Source: an uncultured Chthonomonadaceae bacterium
Lineage (GTDB): Bacteria > Armatimonadota > Chthonomonadetes > Chthonomonadales > Chthonomonadaceae
Direction of reading: 5' to 3'
Assembly: GCA_963817895.1 (NCBI GenBank)
Contig: CAWFQB010000014.1
Coordinates: forward strand, 352,001-416,000
DNA length: 64,000 nt
The notes beneath the pieces were generated by a model. It did not search any database. It was not told where the DNA came from and saw only the letters and a program-made list of their open reading frames with translations. A program made the translations under genes and the position numbers. Each line of letters begins with the position of its first letter. Position 1 is the stretch's first letter. Of the stretch, positions 8,608 to 19,697 are shown in pieces.

Positions 8608-10887
8608 CTACCGTTTGGCCGGAATGCGCTGAAAAATACCGACATCTATGTACTGCCCCCCACCGGTCTGATGGCAATGGACGGCAAGAGTGTTTTCGCT
8701 ATTGGGTATCAGCGCTTTTCGCCCCTCGGGCGTTAGCGGTTTGTACTCGTAAGAAGCGATGTAACCTGCTGCCGAATACGCGCGAACGCCGTTGATGTAC
8801 ACCTCTATGTCTTCGTCGTGATAGTCTCGAATTACGAGTTGGCTGATCTGCTCGGCTGTCAAATTGCCCGGATTGAACGTTCGCCGCAGCCAGATGTCTG
8901 CGGTTGTCCAGGGCGCGCCGATGCGCGGCGACGTGGGAACGTCCGTTCCGAACCCACCCATGCCGCTTTGCCACGCCGCATCATCGAACGTCTTTCCCAT
9001 CCAGTTTGCGGTGGGCATTGTAAAGGTGTACTTCCACGCCTGCGCGGTCTTTTCCGAAGTCGGGAGGACCTCCTGATAGGTGGGAACCGGGTACTCGAAG
9101 CGGTTGGCGCGGGCAATCTGCGCCGGGTCGCATTTGAACACGCGGTCATACGTGAGCAGGCCGTTGAGTTCGGTTTCCACGTCCGTTATCTGCGTGTACA
9201 CCGCCGCGCTCAGGCCGTGCAGGTCCCGAAAACTCTTCAGCATATCAGCATATTCGCCGTAACGCTCTTCCAGATCGTTCGCGCTGGTCACGTTGGTATA
9301 GCCGCCACCCGTGTTTCGCCACGCGCGCCCCTTGACCAGATAGCCGATACCGCCGTATTCGCCGCACACAAGGGCGCGCGTCGCGCTAACCGAAGGAAAC
9401 GCGGGCGGAGGGTACGAGTGAATATCCTCTACATCGCCCACGTCCTCATTTTTCTCGTAGCCACTGCCGCTGTCCCGATCCACAAGGCGCGACGGGTCCA
9501 GCGTTTTCGCTATGTCCACCAGTTTCGCGGTATCGTGCCGCCCCTGCCCCTCGTTGAAAACCACCCACATGATAATGGAGGGCGCGTTCCAATGGGTGGT
9601 GATAATATCGTTCAGTTGCTTCTCATACACGGGTTTGTCAATCGGCTGCGGATGATCGGTGTAGGAGTTGGCTGAAGGCATGTCCTGCCACACCAGCAGC
9701 CCCATTTTATCCGTCCAGTAGTACCAGCGCGCGGGTTCCACCTTGATGTGCTTGCGCACCATATTGAAACCCAGCGTTTTCATGGATTGAATGTCGGCTT
9801 TGAGCGCGGCTTCAGAAGGCGGCGTATAAATGCCGTCCGGCCAGAATCCCTGATCCAGTGGCCCGATTTCAAAGACAAATTTGTTGTTGAGCATCATCTT
9901 CTGAAAGCCGCCGACCTGCGCCAGCGAGATTTTGCGCATCCCGAAGTAGCTTTTGACCCGGTCATTCTCGGTTTTGCCGTCTATCAGCGCAACGTCTACA
10001 TCGTATAAAAACGGGCTGTCCGGCGACCACAATTGAGCGTTCATAATGGGCAGCGACAGTTCGGTGTTACGGTTGCCCGTGAGCGTTTGAACCACGCGCC
10101 CCGCCTCCTTAACCGTCACGACCGCCCGCATCGCCGTTGTTGCGGCAGGCGCGTTTACCGTGATATAGACGCGGGCATTGTCTATATTGGGAACGATATG
10201 CAAATCACGTATCGAGGCAGTGGCGACGGGTTCCAGCCACACGGTTTGCCAGATTCCGGTTGTGGGCGTGTACATGATGCCGCCGGGGTTGAGCGTCTGC
10301 TTGCCGCGCGGTTGCCCGCCCAGATCGGTCGGATCGAACACGCGGACAATCAGTTCCTGCGGGCCGGTTCCATTCAGATACGGCGTGATGTCGTAACTGA
10401 ATGGCACATAGCCGCCCGTGTGAACACCCACGCTTTTGCCATTAACGAAAACTTCGGCCTCGTAATCTACCGCGCCGAAGTTGAGCATCAGTTGTTTGCC
10501 GTTCCATTTCGGCGGCACGGTAAATTGGCGGCGATACCAGAGCCGATCATGGTGTTCCATCACTCCCGACAGCGCGGACTCGACTGGAAACGGCACGACG
10601 ATTTGACTGGAAAGCGTTTTACCAACGGGAGTCGCATCGCTCGCCGTTCCCGGCTGATATTCCCACACGCCGTTCAAGTTCTGCCATTCGGAACGGACAA
10701 GCTGCGGGCGCGGATACTCCGGCAGCGGCTTTTTCGGATCAACCTGTTTGGCCCATCGCGTCATCAGCGGCGCTTTCTTCGCCTGCCCCGCCCCAGCGTC
10801 ACCCTGTGACAATGCAGACAAAACCGCCACAAAAGCAAGCAGCGCGAATACATTCTGGATTTTGAAATTTATGAGAAACAATCGCAT
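8608..10887 (-). CDS. Glycoside hydrolase family 2 (beta-galactosidase-like), secreted
   Basis: Signal-peptide-like start MRLFLINF at 10887; PEYPRPQ, NLNGVWEY, VPFPVES, LDQGFWPDG, GFNMVRKHIKVEP, WVVFNEG, CGEYGG. Confidence 0.9.
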   Translation of the reverse strand: MRLFLINFKIQNVFALLAFVAVLSALSQGDAGAGQAKKAPLMTRWAKQVDPKKPLPEYPRPQLVRSEWQNLNGVWEYQPGTASDATPVGKTLSSQIVVPFPVESALSGVMEHHDRLWYRRQFTVPPKWNGKQLMLNFGAVDYEAEVFVNGKSVGVHTGGYVPFSYDITPYLNGTGPQELIVRVFDPTDLGGQPRGKQTLNPGGIMYTPTTGIWQTVWLEPVATASIRDLHIVPNIDNARVYITVNAPAATTAMRAVVTVKEAGRVVQTLTGNRNTELSLPIMNAQLWSPDSPFLYDVDVALIDGKTENDRVKSYFGMRKISLAQVGGFQKMMLNNKFVFEIGPLDQGFWPDGIYTPPSEAALKADIQSMKTLGFNMVRKHIKVEPARWYYWTDKMGLLVWQDMPSANSYTDHPQPIDKPVYEKQLNDIITTHWNAPSIIMWVVFNEGQGRHDTAKLVDIAKTLDPSRLVDRDSGSGYEKNEDVGDVEDIHSYPPPAFPSVSATRALVCGEYGGIGYLVKGRAWRNTGGGYTNVTSANDLEERYGEYADMLKSFRDLHGLSAAVYTQITDVETELNGLLTYDRVFKCDPAQIARANRFEYPVPTYQEVLPTSEKTAQAWKYTFTMPTANWMGKTFDDAAWQSGMGGFGTDVPTSPRIGAPWTTADIWLRRTFNPGNLTAEQISQLVIRDYHDEDIEVYINGVRAYSAAGYIASYEYKPLTPEGRKALIPNSENTLAVHCHQTGGGQYIDVGIFQRIPAKR

Positions 10888-10954
10888 ATTCAACCTTCCT
10901 GAGACACTCCCGGCATTGGGAGAATATTGACCGCAACTTAAGAAACCTACATTG

Positions 10955-11099
10955 TGACAATCAATAATTTGAACATCTTCGCGCGGCTGGACAAACCGAA
11001 AGAAATGAAACTCATCAGGTCCTTCTACCAGCAATAGTTTTGCCGCCGTAAAGGTAGACCGATTGTAGCGGCGTCTTGTGAGATGCGCGGCCTGTTCAT
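10955..11099 (-). pseudogene. Truncated DUF3226/TOPRIM-like partner of the AAA ATPase
   Basis: ATG overlaps the ATPase stop (ATGA at 11096-11099). After a frameshift it reads KLLLVEGPDEFHFF...DVQIIDC (TOPRIM VEG.DE motif), then similarity stops and the GH2 upstream region begins. Confidence 0.55.
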
Positions 11100-12193
11100 C
11101 GCGCCTCCAGTCCCCGTTCCAATGCGCGGCCAAGCATGGCATGAGTGAACGTATGCACGGCTACAGTTCCATCCGGTTTGCGGTCAAGGCGATGAACCCG
11201 CAGAGCACCGGGCGCGTCCGAAAACGCCTCATAAATAGAGTTGATGCAATCGTAACTGTGAGTCGTCGCCCATAATTGGGAATGGTACTTTTCCGCAGCC
11301 GAAGCCGCCGAACGCCACATTTGCGTAAGCAAAGAATAGTGAATGCCGTTTTCAACCTCATCTATCAGGCAAATGCCGCTTTCCGCCGCGCCAATAGCGG
11401 ATATAATGGCAATAATACTGCTGAAACCATCTCCCATGCTATCAAGCGGCAACAACTGCTCAAGTCCTAAATCAACTTCTAGAACAGCAGTTCCACGAAA
11501 ACCTTCATCTTGAGAGGTCAGCACCACTAAAGATTGCAAACGCGGCTCAATCTCTTTGAGAACTTCCAGTAACAACGTGTCGCCACCTGTACGATACAGT
11601 TGGGAGTAACGCCTCGCGTGCGCCCATGCCTCTGCCCGATTTGTTCCCAACCAAACTAAGGCAGGTAGTTGTGGAAAGATAGTGCCCGTAAGTTCCCGAT
11701 GCGTTCTCAGTGAAGTTACTTCTCGTTCTCGTAACGGTTACCGTATCGTTGCTGATGCGCCAATATTGGTTTGAATATTCAAAACGAGTTCTATATCAGG
11801 TTTAAATAAAGTAGCAATGGTATCAGATTCTTCGTTCTCTTCTACCTCTATATTGACAGGCAGAGTTAGTTGTCCCTGCACTTCTCGAATAGATGCGTCT
11901 GCCGAAATCTGCAAATCGCCTATTTCAGCCTGAATAGTCAATGGCTCATCACTCTGAGATTTGTAGAACGCAAACCGGTAACTTTGTTCCAAATTGATAG
12001 GTTTACGCTCCAATTGATTGCGACTGCTTCTGCGCAAATACCGGGGGTCGCCGGACAACAGCAGGCGTATCGCCTCAATTAAGCTTGTTTTGCCTGAATC
12101 ATTGCGGCCAACAATGAGGTTGACGCGGCCAGCATCCGTCAGCGAAAGTTCCTTTAATCCGCGAAATCTTTGAATGTCAAGACGATCCAACAT
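11096..12193 (-). CDS. AAA_15/AAA_21 ABC-type ATPase (OLD/AbiEii-like); interrupted near 11738
   Basis: MLDRLDIQRFRGL...NLIVGRNDSGKTS (Walker A); second piece has SMGDG signature, LIDEVENGIH (Walker B/D-loop) and TTHS. Confidence 0.85.
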
Positions 12194-12384
12194 CTGGTCT
12201 TCGCGAATTGATTTTATTGCCAATTCACTCATGCGCTGCGCCCCTCATCTTCATTAGTAGTCGCCATTCCCCTTCAACATTGAGCGGCCTGTTTCCTGCT
12301 TTTTCGCAGTTCATTGCTTCACGCTTCTGTTTTATATTTTTCAGGATAGGGAACTGCCTGCTGCGCTGGAAGCGGGTACGTCGG

Positions 12385-13743
12385 TTACAACCGCATGAAC
12401 GACGGGTTGGACGCTGGTTGTGTTTGCGTCTGCCTGCGCGAGCGTTTTGATTCCTCATGCGTCAGGGCTTCGGAACGGAAGGTCTGGAACTGCACGATGT
12501 CTCTGGAAAACAACAGGTCGAGCGTCCAGTCCACTGCCACACGCACCTTCTTTTCAAATCGCGGCAGTTTGCTCAGATAGATGGAGCGCCAGAGTACCCA
12601 CGCGAAGAAACCGGAAAAATTCATGCCCATGATGTTGGCGACTCCGGTTCGCTTGCCAATCGCCGCCAGTAACCCGATAGCGCGAAATGTGAAGGGGCGT
12701 TTTTTTCCGCCGCGTATCTCCGCCACGATGTTTTGCGCGAGTATCTTCCCCTGCCGTATGGCGTGCTGCGCGGTCGGCGGGTACGGTTTGCCGGTTTGCA
12801 GGTCGGGAACACAGGCGCCATCTCCAAGCGCCCACGCGCAGGGCCATTCCGGCACTTCCAGATACTCATTGACCAGAGTGCGCCCCTTTTCGGTCTGACA
12901 GGGCAGGCAGCCTAACAGCGGGTGGGGGGACGTGCCGGCTGTCCAGACAAGGGTGTTGGTGGAAAGGCTATCGCCGTCACTCAGCGTAACACAGTCGGCG
13001 GTGGCATTGGCGACTTTGGTGTTCACGCGAATGTCCACTTTGCGCTCGGTCAGTTTCTGCTGCGCATACGCGCCCAACTGCTCGCCCAGTTCCGGCAAAA
13101 TCAGAGGGCCGGAATGTACCAGCACCATCTTCAGTTGCTCTTCGCGCAGGTTGGAATAGAAGCGCAGCGCGTCGCGGGCAAAATCGTTGATAGCCGCCAT
13201 TGTTTCCACGCCCGCAAACCCGCCCCCGGCCACGACAAACGTGAGCAGTTCGTCCCGATTGCCTGCCGCGCATTCGCCATCCGCCTCTTCCATAATCTGA
13301 ATGATGCGATTGCGCAGATGAATGGCGTCGCCCAGTGATTTCATCGTTAGCGCGTGTTTCTCCAGCCCCGCGAGATTATAAAAGTTGGTGACGGAACCCA
13401 TCGCAAGCACGAGATAGTCGTAGGGCAGGTCGTGACAATGGGCATCGGAGCCGTGCGACACGGTAACGAACTTGTTTTCCAAATTCACGGCTTCCACGCG
13501 CCCCGCAAACACCTGCACATGTTTCAGCAGTTTGCGGATCGGACTCACAATATGCGTAATGTCCAGATCGCAGGAGGCCACCTCATGCAGCATGGGCGTA
13601 AACAGGAAAAAATTGTCCTGATTGACGAGCGTGATTTCAATATCGCGATCACGCCCCAACAGGCGATCCAGGTGCATCGCGGCATACATTCCGCCGAAGC
13701 CTCCGCCCAGTATCAAGATGTGTTTGCATTTTTCGGTTGTCAT
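12385..13743 (-). CDS. ndh: Type II NADH dehydrogenase (FAD-dependent oxidoreductase)
   Basis: ILILGGGFGG, FLFTPMLHEVA, FVVAGGGFAGVE, LVWTAG, ALGD, PPTAQHAIRQG. Confidence 0.9.
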   Translation of the reverse strand: MTTEKCKHILILGGGFGGMYAAMHLDRLLGRDRDIEITLVNQDNFFLFTPMLHEVASCDLDITHIVSPIRKLLKHVQVFAGRVEAVNLENKFVTVSHGSDAHCHDLPYDYLVLAMGSVTNFYNLAGLEKHALTMKSLGDAIHLRNRIIQIMEEADGECAAGNRDELLTFVVAGGGFAGVETMAAINDFARDALRFYSNLREEQLKMVLVHSGPLILPELGEQLGAYAQQKLTERKVDIRVNTKVANATADCVTLSDGDSLSTNTLVWTAGTSPHPLLGCLPCQTEKGRTLVNEYLEVPEWPCAWALGDGACVPDLQTGKPYPPTAQHAIRQGKILAQNIVAEIRGGKKRPFTFRAIGLLAAIGKRTGVANIMGMNFSGFFAWVLWRSIYLSKLPRFEKKVRVAVDWTLDLLFSRDIVQFQTFRSEALTHEESKRSRRQTQTQPASNPSFMRL

Positions 13744-13919
13744 TTCCTGTTTTCTCCTCATCTCCCGCGCGGTTGCTACGCTTGCTTCAAGGAACAAAGG
13801 GGGTAATAGGTTCCAATCCGCGCTGCGATTACCAATAACTCGGACAGAAACCACAGAAATAAGGAAATGCCCGCCCTTCCGATGAATATAGCGTCACTAT
13901 TTCCCGGAGAAAACCGCTC

Positions 13920-16900
13920 ATGCCCGATTCGCAGTTGCCGCTTCCCCTTGCGCAGCCACATTATAACCACCAACTGTTTTCCGACTACTATCTAAACCAC
14001 ATTCTGCCCGCGAATCCGGCGTGGCCGCTGTTGCGCGAGGAAGCGTCAAGCGCGAAACAAACCCTTGCCGCCATTTTCCACAATTACACGCCGAGCGGCA
14101 ACGAGGCGCAAACGGAAGACGATCTCATCAAGCCGATTTTGAAGGCGTTGGGGCATATCTTTGAAGTGCAGCCGTCCCTGAAAACGCCCGGAAGCGCGAA
14201 CAAGCCCGACTACGTTTTTTACAACGATGTGGACGCGCTCAACGCCAACAAGGGCCGTATGCTCACCGACAGCCTGCCCACGCAGGGCGCGTATGCCGTT
14301 GGGGACGCCAAGTATTGGGAACGCCCGCTTGATATTACCCTCAAAGACAGCAGCAAGGATAAAAACAGGGACGCGCTTTCCAACAAAAATCCCTCGTACC
14401 AGATCGCGTTTTACATGCAGCATAGCGGCGTGGAGTGGGGATTGCTCACGAATGGCAAGCAGTGGCGGCTGTACCACAAAAGCACCGCGCACAAACTGGA
14501 CCGCTATTATGAGATTGACCTTCCCGCCCTGCTTCAATCGGACAACGACGTGGATTTTCTCTACTTTTATGCGTTCTTCCGCCGAGCCGCGTTTTTCTCC
14601 TCCGTCCTGAACCTGAATGACCTGTTGAAGGCAAGCGTGGAGTTTGCCCGCGACATCGGCGAGTCGCTGAAATCACAGGTATACGACGCCCTTCTGCATA
14701 TCGCGCAGGGCTTTCTCGACTTCGCGCCCAACCATCTGCAAACCGACACGGACGGCCTGAAAGCCATTTACGACAATTCGCTCATCGTGCTGTACCGCCT
14801 GCTGTTTATCCTGTACGCCGAAGACCGCAACCTGCTGCCCGCGCAGGAATCGGGCGAATACAGGGACACGTACAGCCTCCACGCCATCAAAAACACCGTC
14901 GCGAAAAATCTGGACAGTGGCCGAACCCTGCTTGCCGACAGCGCGCGAATGTGGGCGCAATTGCAGGATTTGTTCCGCATCATAGATCAGGGCAGCCCGC
15001 CCCTGCGCGTCGCCACGTTCAACGGCGGCCTGTTCGACCCGCATAAACACCCGTTCGCGGAACAGTATAAAGTGGGCGACAAACGTTTACAGCAGGCCAT
15101 AGACAAACTCGCCCGCGTCAACCGCCAATTCGTGGATTACCGTGACCTCTCGCCGCGCCATTTAGGAACCATTTACGAGGGATTGCTGGAATTCCATTTG
15201 CAAGATACGAAAGGAGAAACCGTAGGGGCGCTGCTTGCTGCGCCCTCCTCCAACCTTGCGCCCTCCTCCAACCTTGCGCCCAACACGCCAATCCCCTCAA
15301 CTCTCAACTATCAACTATCAACTCTCCTCACTCTGCGCAACGACAAGGGCGAGCGCAAAGCGACGGGTTCGTACTACACGCCGGATTACATCGTGAAGTA
15401 CATCGTGGAGGAGACGCTGCATCCGCTTCTGGAACGCGCCCTGCAAGCCAAACGGGACGGCGCAATGGACGATGCGGCCTGCATCGAAGCCGTTCTGGAT
15501 ATTCGCGTTCTTGACCCGGCAATGGGAAGCGGGCATTTTCTCGTGGAAGCGACGGAAACGCTGGCCCGCGCCCTCGTGGATATGGGCGTCGCGCCGCAGG
15601 AGGCCACGACGGAAGCGGCCGATTTAGCCTACTGGAAGCGGCGGGTGGCGCAGTCGTGTATCTACGGCGTAGACCTCAACCCGCTTGCCGTGGAACTCGC
15701 CAAACTTTCGCTGTGGCTGACGACGGTTGCTAAAGACCGCCCGCTTTCGTTCCTCGACCACCATCTGCGCCCCGGCAACGCGCTGATTGGCGGGCGTCTC
15801 GCGTCCCTGCAAAACGTCACGCAGTTGCGGTTCGCGGGAAGCGGCGCGAAGAAACCCGCGCCATCGAAAAAACACGCGAAACAGGAACAAGCGGGGCAGA
15901 TTTCCATGCTCAGTGACGATGATTTCCGCCTGAGCATGACCGACGCGGTTATCAAGATGTGGGACATCGAGTATCGTGGCAGCGAACAGCGTGGCGCAGG
16001 TGAAAGCGCAGGAGGCATTGCACCGGGAATTGCAGGCGGAACTCAGCGGCAAATACGGGCGTCTGGCCGATCTGGTTACGGCAACCCATTTCGGCGTTTC
16101 GTTCGACGCGGGGTTCTGGCCGGAACTGGCGGATTTTGCGACCGGCCGCGCCCTGTCCCTGCGCCCCGAACTGGCGGCAAAACTGGACGCAGGCGGAAAT
16201 TCTGGCACAACGCTACGGCTTCTTTCACTGGGAACTGGAGTTCCCGGAAGTGTACTTCGGGCGCGAGGGCGAACCGCTTGGCGAAAACGCGGGCTTCGAT
16301 GCCGTTGTCGGCAATCCGCCCTGGGAGCGCATCAAATTGCAGGAGAACGAGTTCTTCAGTTCCCGCTCCGACGCCATTGCGCTCGCGCCCCGCGCCAGTG
16401 ACCGCAAGCGCCTGATCGCCGACCTGCCTCAATCCGACCCGGAGTTATGGCAGGCGTACAAAGCGGCGAGCGGCACGGGCGGAAGCCACCTTGAACTATG
16501 TGCATCGCGCCGGAGTGTATCCGCTCATGGGGCGCGGCGACACCAACCTGTACGCCGTCTTTGCGGAAAAAGCCCTGCAATCCGTGCGGGCGAACGGGCG
16601 CGTGGGCCTGCTGGTTCCGAGCGGCGTGGCGACCGACGACACCACCAAGCACTATTTTCAGGAACTCATCACCAAACGCAGACTGGCCCAATTGCTGGAC
16701 TTTCGAGAACCGCGAACAGATTTTTCGCCGATGTGGACAGCCGCTTCAAACTCAGCATCCTGCTGATGACCGGGGAAAGTGACCCGCAAGACCAAGTGCG
16801 CTGCGGCTTCTTCCTGCACAACATGGCCCAACTGGAAGACCCGGAGCGCGTCTTTACGCTGGCCCCCGAAGACTTCAAACTGTTCAATCCCAACACGCTC

Positions 16901-17950
16901 ACCTGCCCCATTTTCCGCCGCCGCCGGGATATGGAACTGACGCGCAAAATCTACGCCAATGCGCCGGTTCTGGTGGAGCAGAGCAAGGGCGAGGCAGGCA
17001 ATCCGTGGGGCGTCTCGCTTTTCCACCATGTTCCACATGACCAACAACTCGAGCCTGTTCAAAACGTCTGCGGAAATGGAAGATGAAGGGTTCTGGCTCG
17101 GCGCGGGCAATGTCTTCACGAAAGGCGCAGTTCGCTTCCTCCCGCTTTATGAGGGCAAACTCGTGCAGATGTACGACCATCGGGCGGCGAACATTGTAGT
17201 CAATCCAGCAAACCTGCATCGTCCCGCGCAGCAAGTCGCCGCAACCCTTACCGAACATCAGGACACTGAATATAGCCCGACGTGCCAGTTTTGGGTAGAC
17301 CGGCAGGATATTCTCAGACGCGCGCTGACAATCTTCCTCTCTGGCGTCTTGGGTTTAGGGACGTGACCGCGCCCACGAACGTGCGAACCTTTATTGCCAC
17401 TGCGCTTCCCTCTTTCGGGTTCGGCAACAAATCCCCCTGATTACATTTACGGAAGAGCGATAAACGTAAACTCGGCTCATGCCTGCTGGCGAACCTCAAC
17501 AGTTTCGCAATGGATTATGCCGCGCGGCAGAAGGTTGGCGGGCAAACGCTCAACTTCTTCATTGTGGAGCAATTCCCGGTGCTGCCGCCCGAACGGTACG
17601 CGGAAGAGTGGCACGGCATGGCGCTTGCCGATTTCATTGCGCCCCGCGTCCTCGAACTCTGCTACACGGGGCTGGACCTCAAAGGCTTTGCCGAGGATAT
17701 GGGCTACGACGGCCCGCCCTTCTGTTGGGACGAGGAGCGCCGCCTGCACCTGCGCTGCCAACTCGACGCGCTGTACTTCCACCTGTACGGCCTGACCGGG
17801 GACGAAGCGGGCGAAATCCTCGCCACCTTCCCCATCGTTCAGCGTCAGGACGAAGCCCGCTATCAGGGACGCTACCGCACCCGCGACCTGATACTCGCTT
17901 ACATCCGCGCCTTTCTGGCAGGCAATCTTGATGCGTGGGTCAGGGGATAA
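13920..17950 (+). CDS. Type IIG (Eco57I-like) fused restriction endonuclease/N6-adenine methyltransferase; several frameshifts
   Basis: N-terminal PD-(D/E)xK-type KPDY...GDAK and [47 protein letters not shown] (motif I); [30 protein letters not shown] (motif IV); C-terminal LPLYEGK...YDHR and [12 protein letters not shown]. Confidence 0.9.
15221..15324 (+). repeat. REP-like GTAG palindrome, 18-bp tandem repeat and heptamer repeats inserted in frame in the R-M gene
   Basis: gtaggggcgc-tgcttgct-gcgccc; tgcgccctcctccaacct x2 plus a partial copy (15239-15281); tcaact(c/a) x4 (15297-15324). Translated as [35 protein letters not shown]. Confidence 0.75.
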
Positions 17951-17974
17951 CGCTAGTGGATTGCGCGAATACGA

Positions 17975-18361
17975 CTACCAGATTGTCTGAACGGCGTATT
18001 GTTGAATGAGCGCGTCCATAGTCACAATCGGCATGTTTTCCGAACGGCTTTGCGCAATGAGGATGCGGTCGAATGGATCGCGGTGAATTGGCGGCAGGTT
18101 GTACACTTCAAGCGCGTGTTCAAACAGGATAGGCAACAGCGCGAAGTTATTCGCCTGAACATGTTTGCGGATATAGGCTTCAGGCGGCAGATTAAAAACC
18201 AACTTCCCGGTTTGTGCTTTAATGATGATTTCCCACACGCTGACGACACTGAGATAAATCGTATTGGCGGGGTCTTGAATTGTTTGCCGCGCCGGCAGCG
18301 AAAGGTTGGGGTGATTATCATTCCACCATAAAAACGTGTGGGTATCTATCAGCCCTCGCAT
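17975..18361 (-). CDS. vapC: VapC-family PIN domain toxin
   Basis: LIDTHTFLWW, SVVSVWEI..K, HRDPFDRILIAQ. Confidence 0.92.
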   Translation of the reverse strand: MRGLIDTHTFLWWNDNHPNLSLPARQTIQDPANTIYLSVVSVWEIIIKAQTGKLVFNLPPEAYIRKHVQANNFALLPILFEHALEVYNLPPIHRDPFDRILIAQSRSENMPIVTMDALIQQYAVQTIW

Positions 18362-18621
18362 GGCAAGACCTCTCCCTTATAAAATTCATCAAGCCAGTCG
18401 TCAGGCATAGGGCCATCGAAATCAGGCGCCATCCACATCTCGCCTTTACCAAGTCCGGGAACACGAGCAGGCATTACAACCTGTTTGGCCTCCGGCATGG
18501 CAACAGGCATCAGGCGTATGGCAGAAGCGCCCTCGCGGGTAATGGTCACTTCCTCGCCGGTCGCCGCTTTTTCGAGAAGATACGCAAGTTGCGCGTTCGC
18601 TTCTTCAATGGTCACTGTCAT
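18349..18621 (-). CDS. Phd/YefM-family antitoxin
   Basis: MTVTIEEANAQLAYLLEKAATGEEVTITREG...RVPGLGKG.MWMAPDFDGPMP; overlaps the vapC start. Confidence 0.88.
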   Translation of the reverse strand: MTVTIEEANAQLAYLLEKAATGEEVTITREGASAIRLMPVAMPEAKQVVMPARVPGLGKGEMWMAPDFDGPMPDDWLDEFYKGEVLPCEG

Positions 18622-18713
18622 CAGGGTTCGCCTCTCATTATAACGCATGGAAAAAGACGCGAATGGTATGTACCAGCGTTTCGCCTGTTGATTTATTATA
18701 CCGCTACGCCCTC

Positions 18714-19343
18714 TTATGGCGCAATCGCGTCACGCGCGGATTCAGCCTCGCGCAGCATCCAGACGAAAACGCCGACTACCTTCTCAATCTGATCGAGGTA
18801 ATACTCCGTCGTGTCAATTGTGGCGGTGGCGGCATGAAGCGAAAGAAATTTCCACAGGCTGCCCGTTGTTACCACGCCATAAACAGTCGGGATCGCGTTG
18901 CCGCGCTGCACATTGAACTTCTGCGCGGCAATCATTTCGGCAAGGCACTGCGCCAGTCCATTTTTCAGATTGTCGTTCTTCGCCTCCACAATCGCGGCAA
19001 CGGGTGACTGTATCACCGATTGCAGCGGCGACAGGCTTAACAGAAAGTCGCAAGTCCCGTGCAGGCCCGCCGCCACGTCTACTTTGAACTCTACGCCGGA
19101 AAAAAGACTTACGCGCGGCTTCATCTGTTCGCGAATTTCCGAAAGAACCGGCGCGACAATAAATTCGGAACGCGCCTTCTCCGTGCCGACTTCCAGCGCG
19201 AAAGCGGTATTCGCCGCCAGTACCTCGCGCAGCAGATTGCTGATTGGCACAGGGGGCGCGGCATCGAAAAGGCGGGCTTGATTCACCACTTGCAGGCCAA
19301 AACGGGTAATCAGCCCATCCAGCGTTTGCTTATTATAAGCCAT
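18714..19343 (-). CDS. PD-(D/E)XK-fold hypothetical protein (restriction-endonuclease-like)
   Basis: TEKARSEFIVAPVL, SLFSGVEF.VD, GTCDFLLS, IVEAKND, QCLAEMIAAQ, YGVVTTGSLWKF. Confidence 0.75.
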   Translation of the reverse strand: MAYNKQTLDGLITRFGLQVVNQARLFDAAPPVPISNLLREVLAANTAFALEVGTEKARSEFIVAPVLSEIREQMKPRVSLFSGVEFKVDVAAGLHGTCDFLLSLSPLQSVIQSPVAAIVEAKNDNLKNGLAQCLAEMIAAQKFNVQRGNAIPTVYGVVTTGSLWKFLSLHAATATIDTTEYYLDQIEKVVGVFVWMLREAESARDAIAP

Positions 19344-19372
19344 TGTGTTCGCCTCAAAGTAAGAAAATAAGA

Positions 19373-19441
19373 GACTCCCCTTCCCCCAAGTTCCGTATTT
19401 CTGCTTCGCTTTTGAAATACGCTTTTGTTGAGAAGGGGCCG
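19373..19441. repeat. Dispersed palindromic REP-like element (same family as 63006-63054)
   Basis: gactccccttccccca...ttgagaaggggccg; the reverse complement shares gccccttctc..aaaagc..ggg.gaaggggagtc with the 63-kb copy. Confidence 0.6.
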
Positions 19442-19697
19442 TGTCCACAAGTGGACGCCCTGTTGAGGGCTATTTTTGGAGAGGGGAGGGCTGTCGTGGC
19501 GAACAGCGAAATTCGCGGTCACAATCGTATACAAGCGCATTTTGCCAATGGTTCACATTTACAAAACGGGCCGGTACAAGACTGGAAGCGCGTTGCAGGC
19601 CGCGCGGAACGAAACAGATGGCCCCTCTCTCGCGTATTCTACCCCATATCCGAACTCCGTGTAAAAAGTCTTAGACCTGCCAAAGGACATCATCAAC

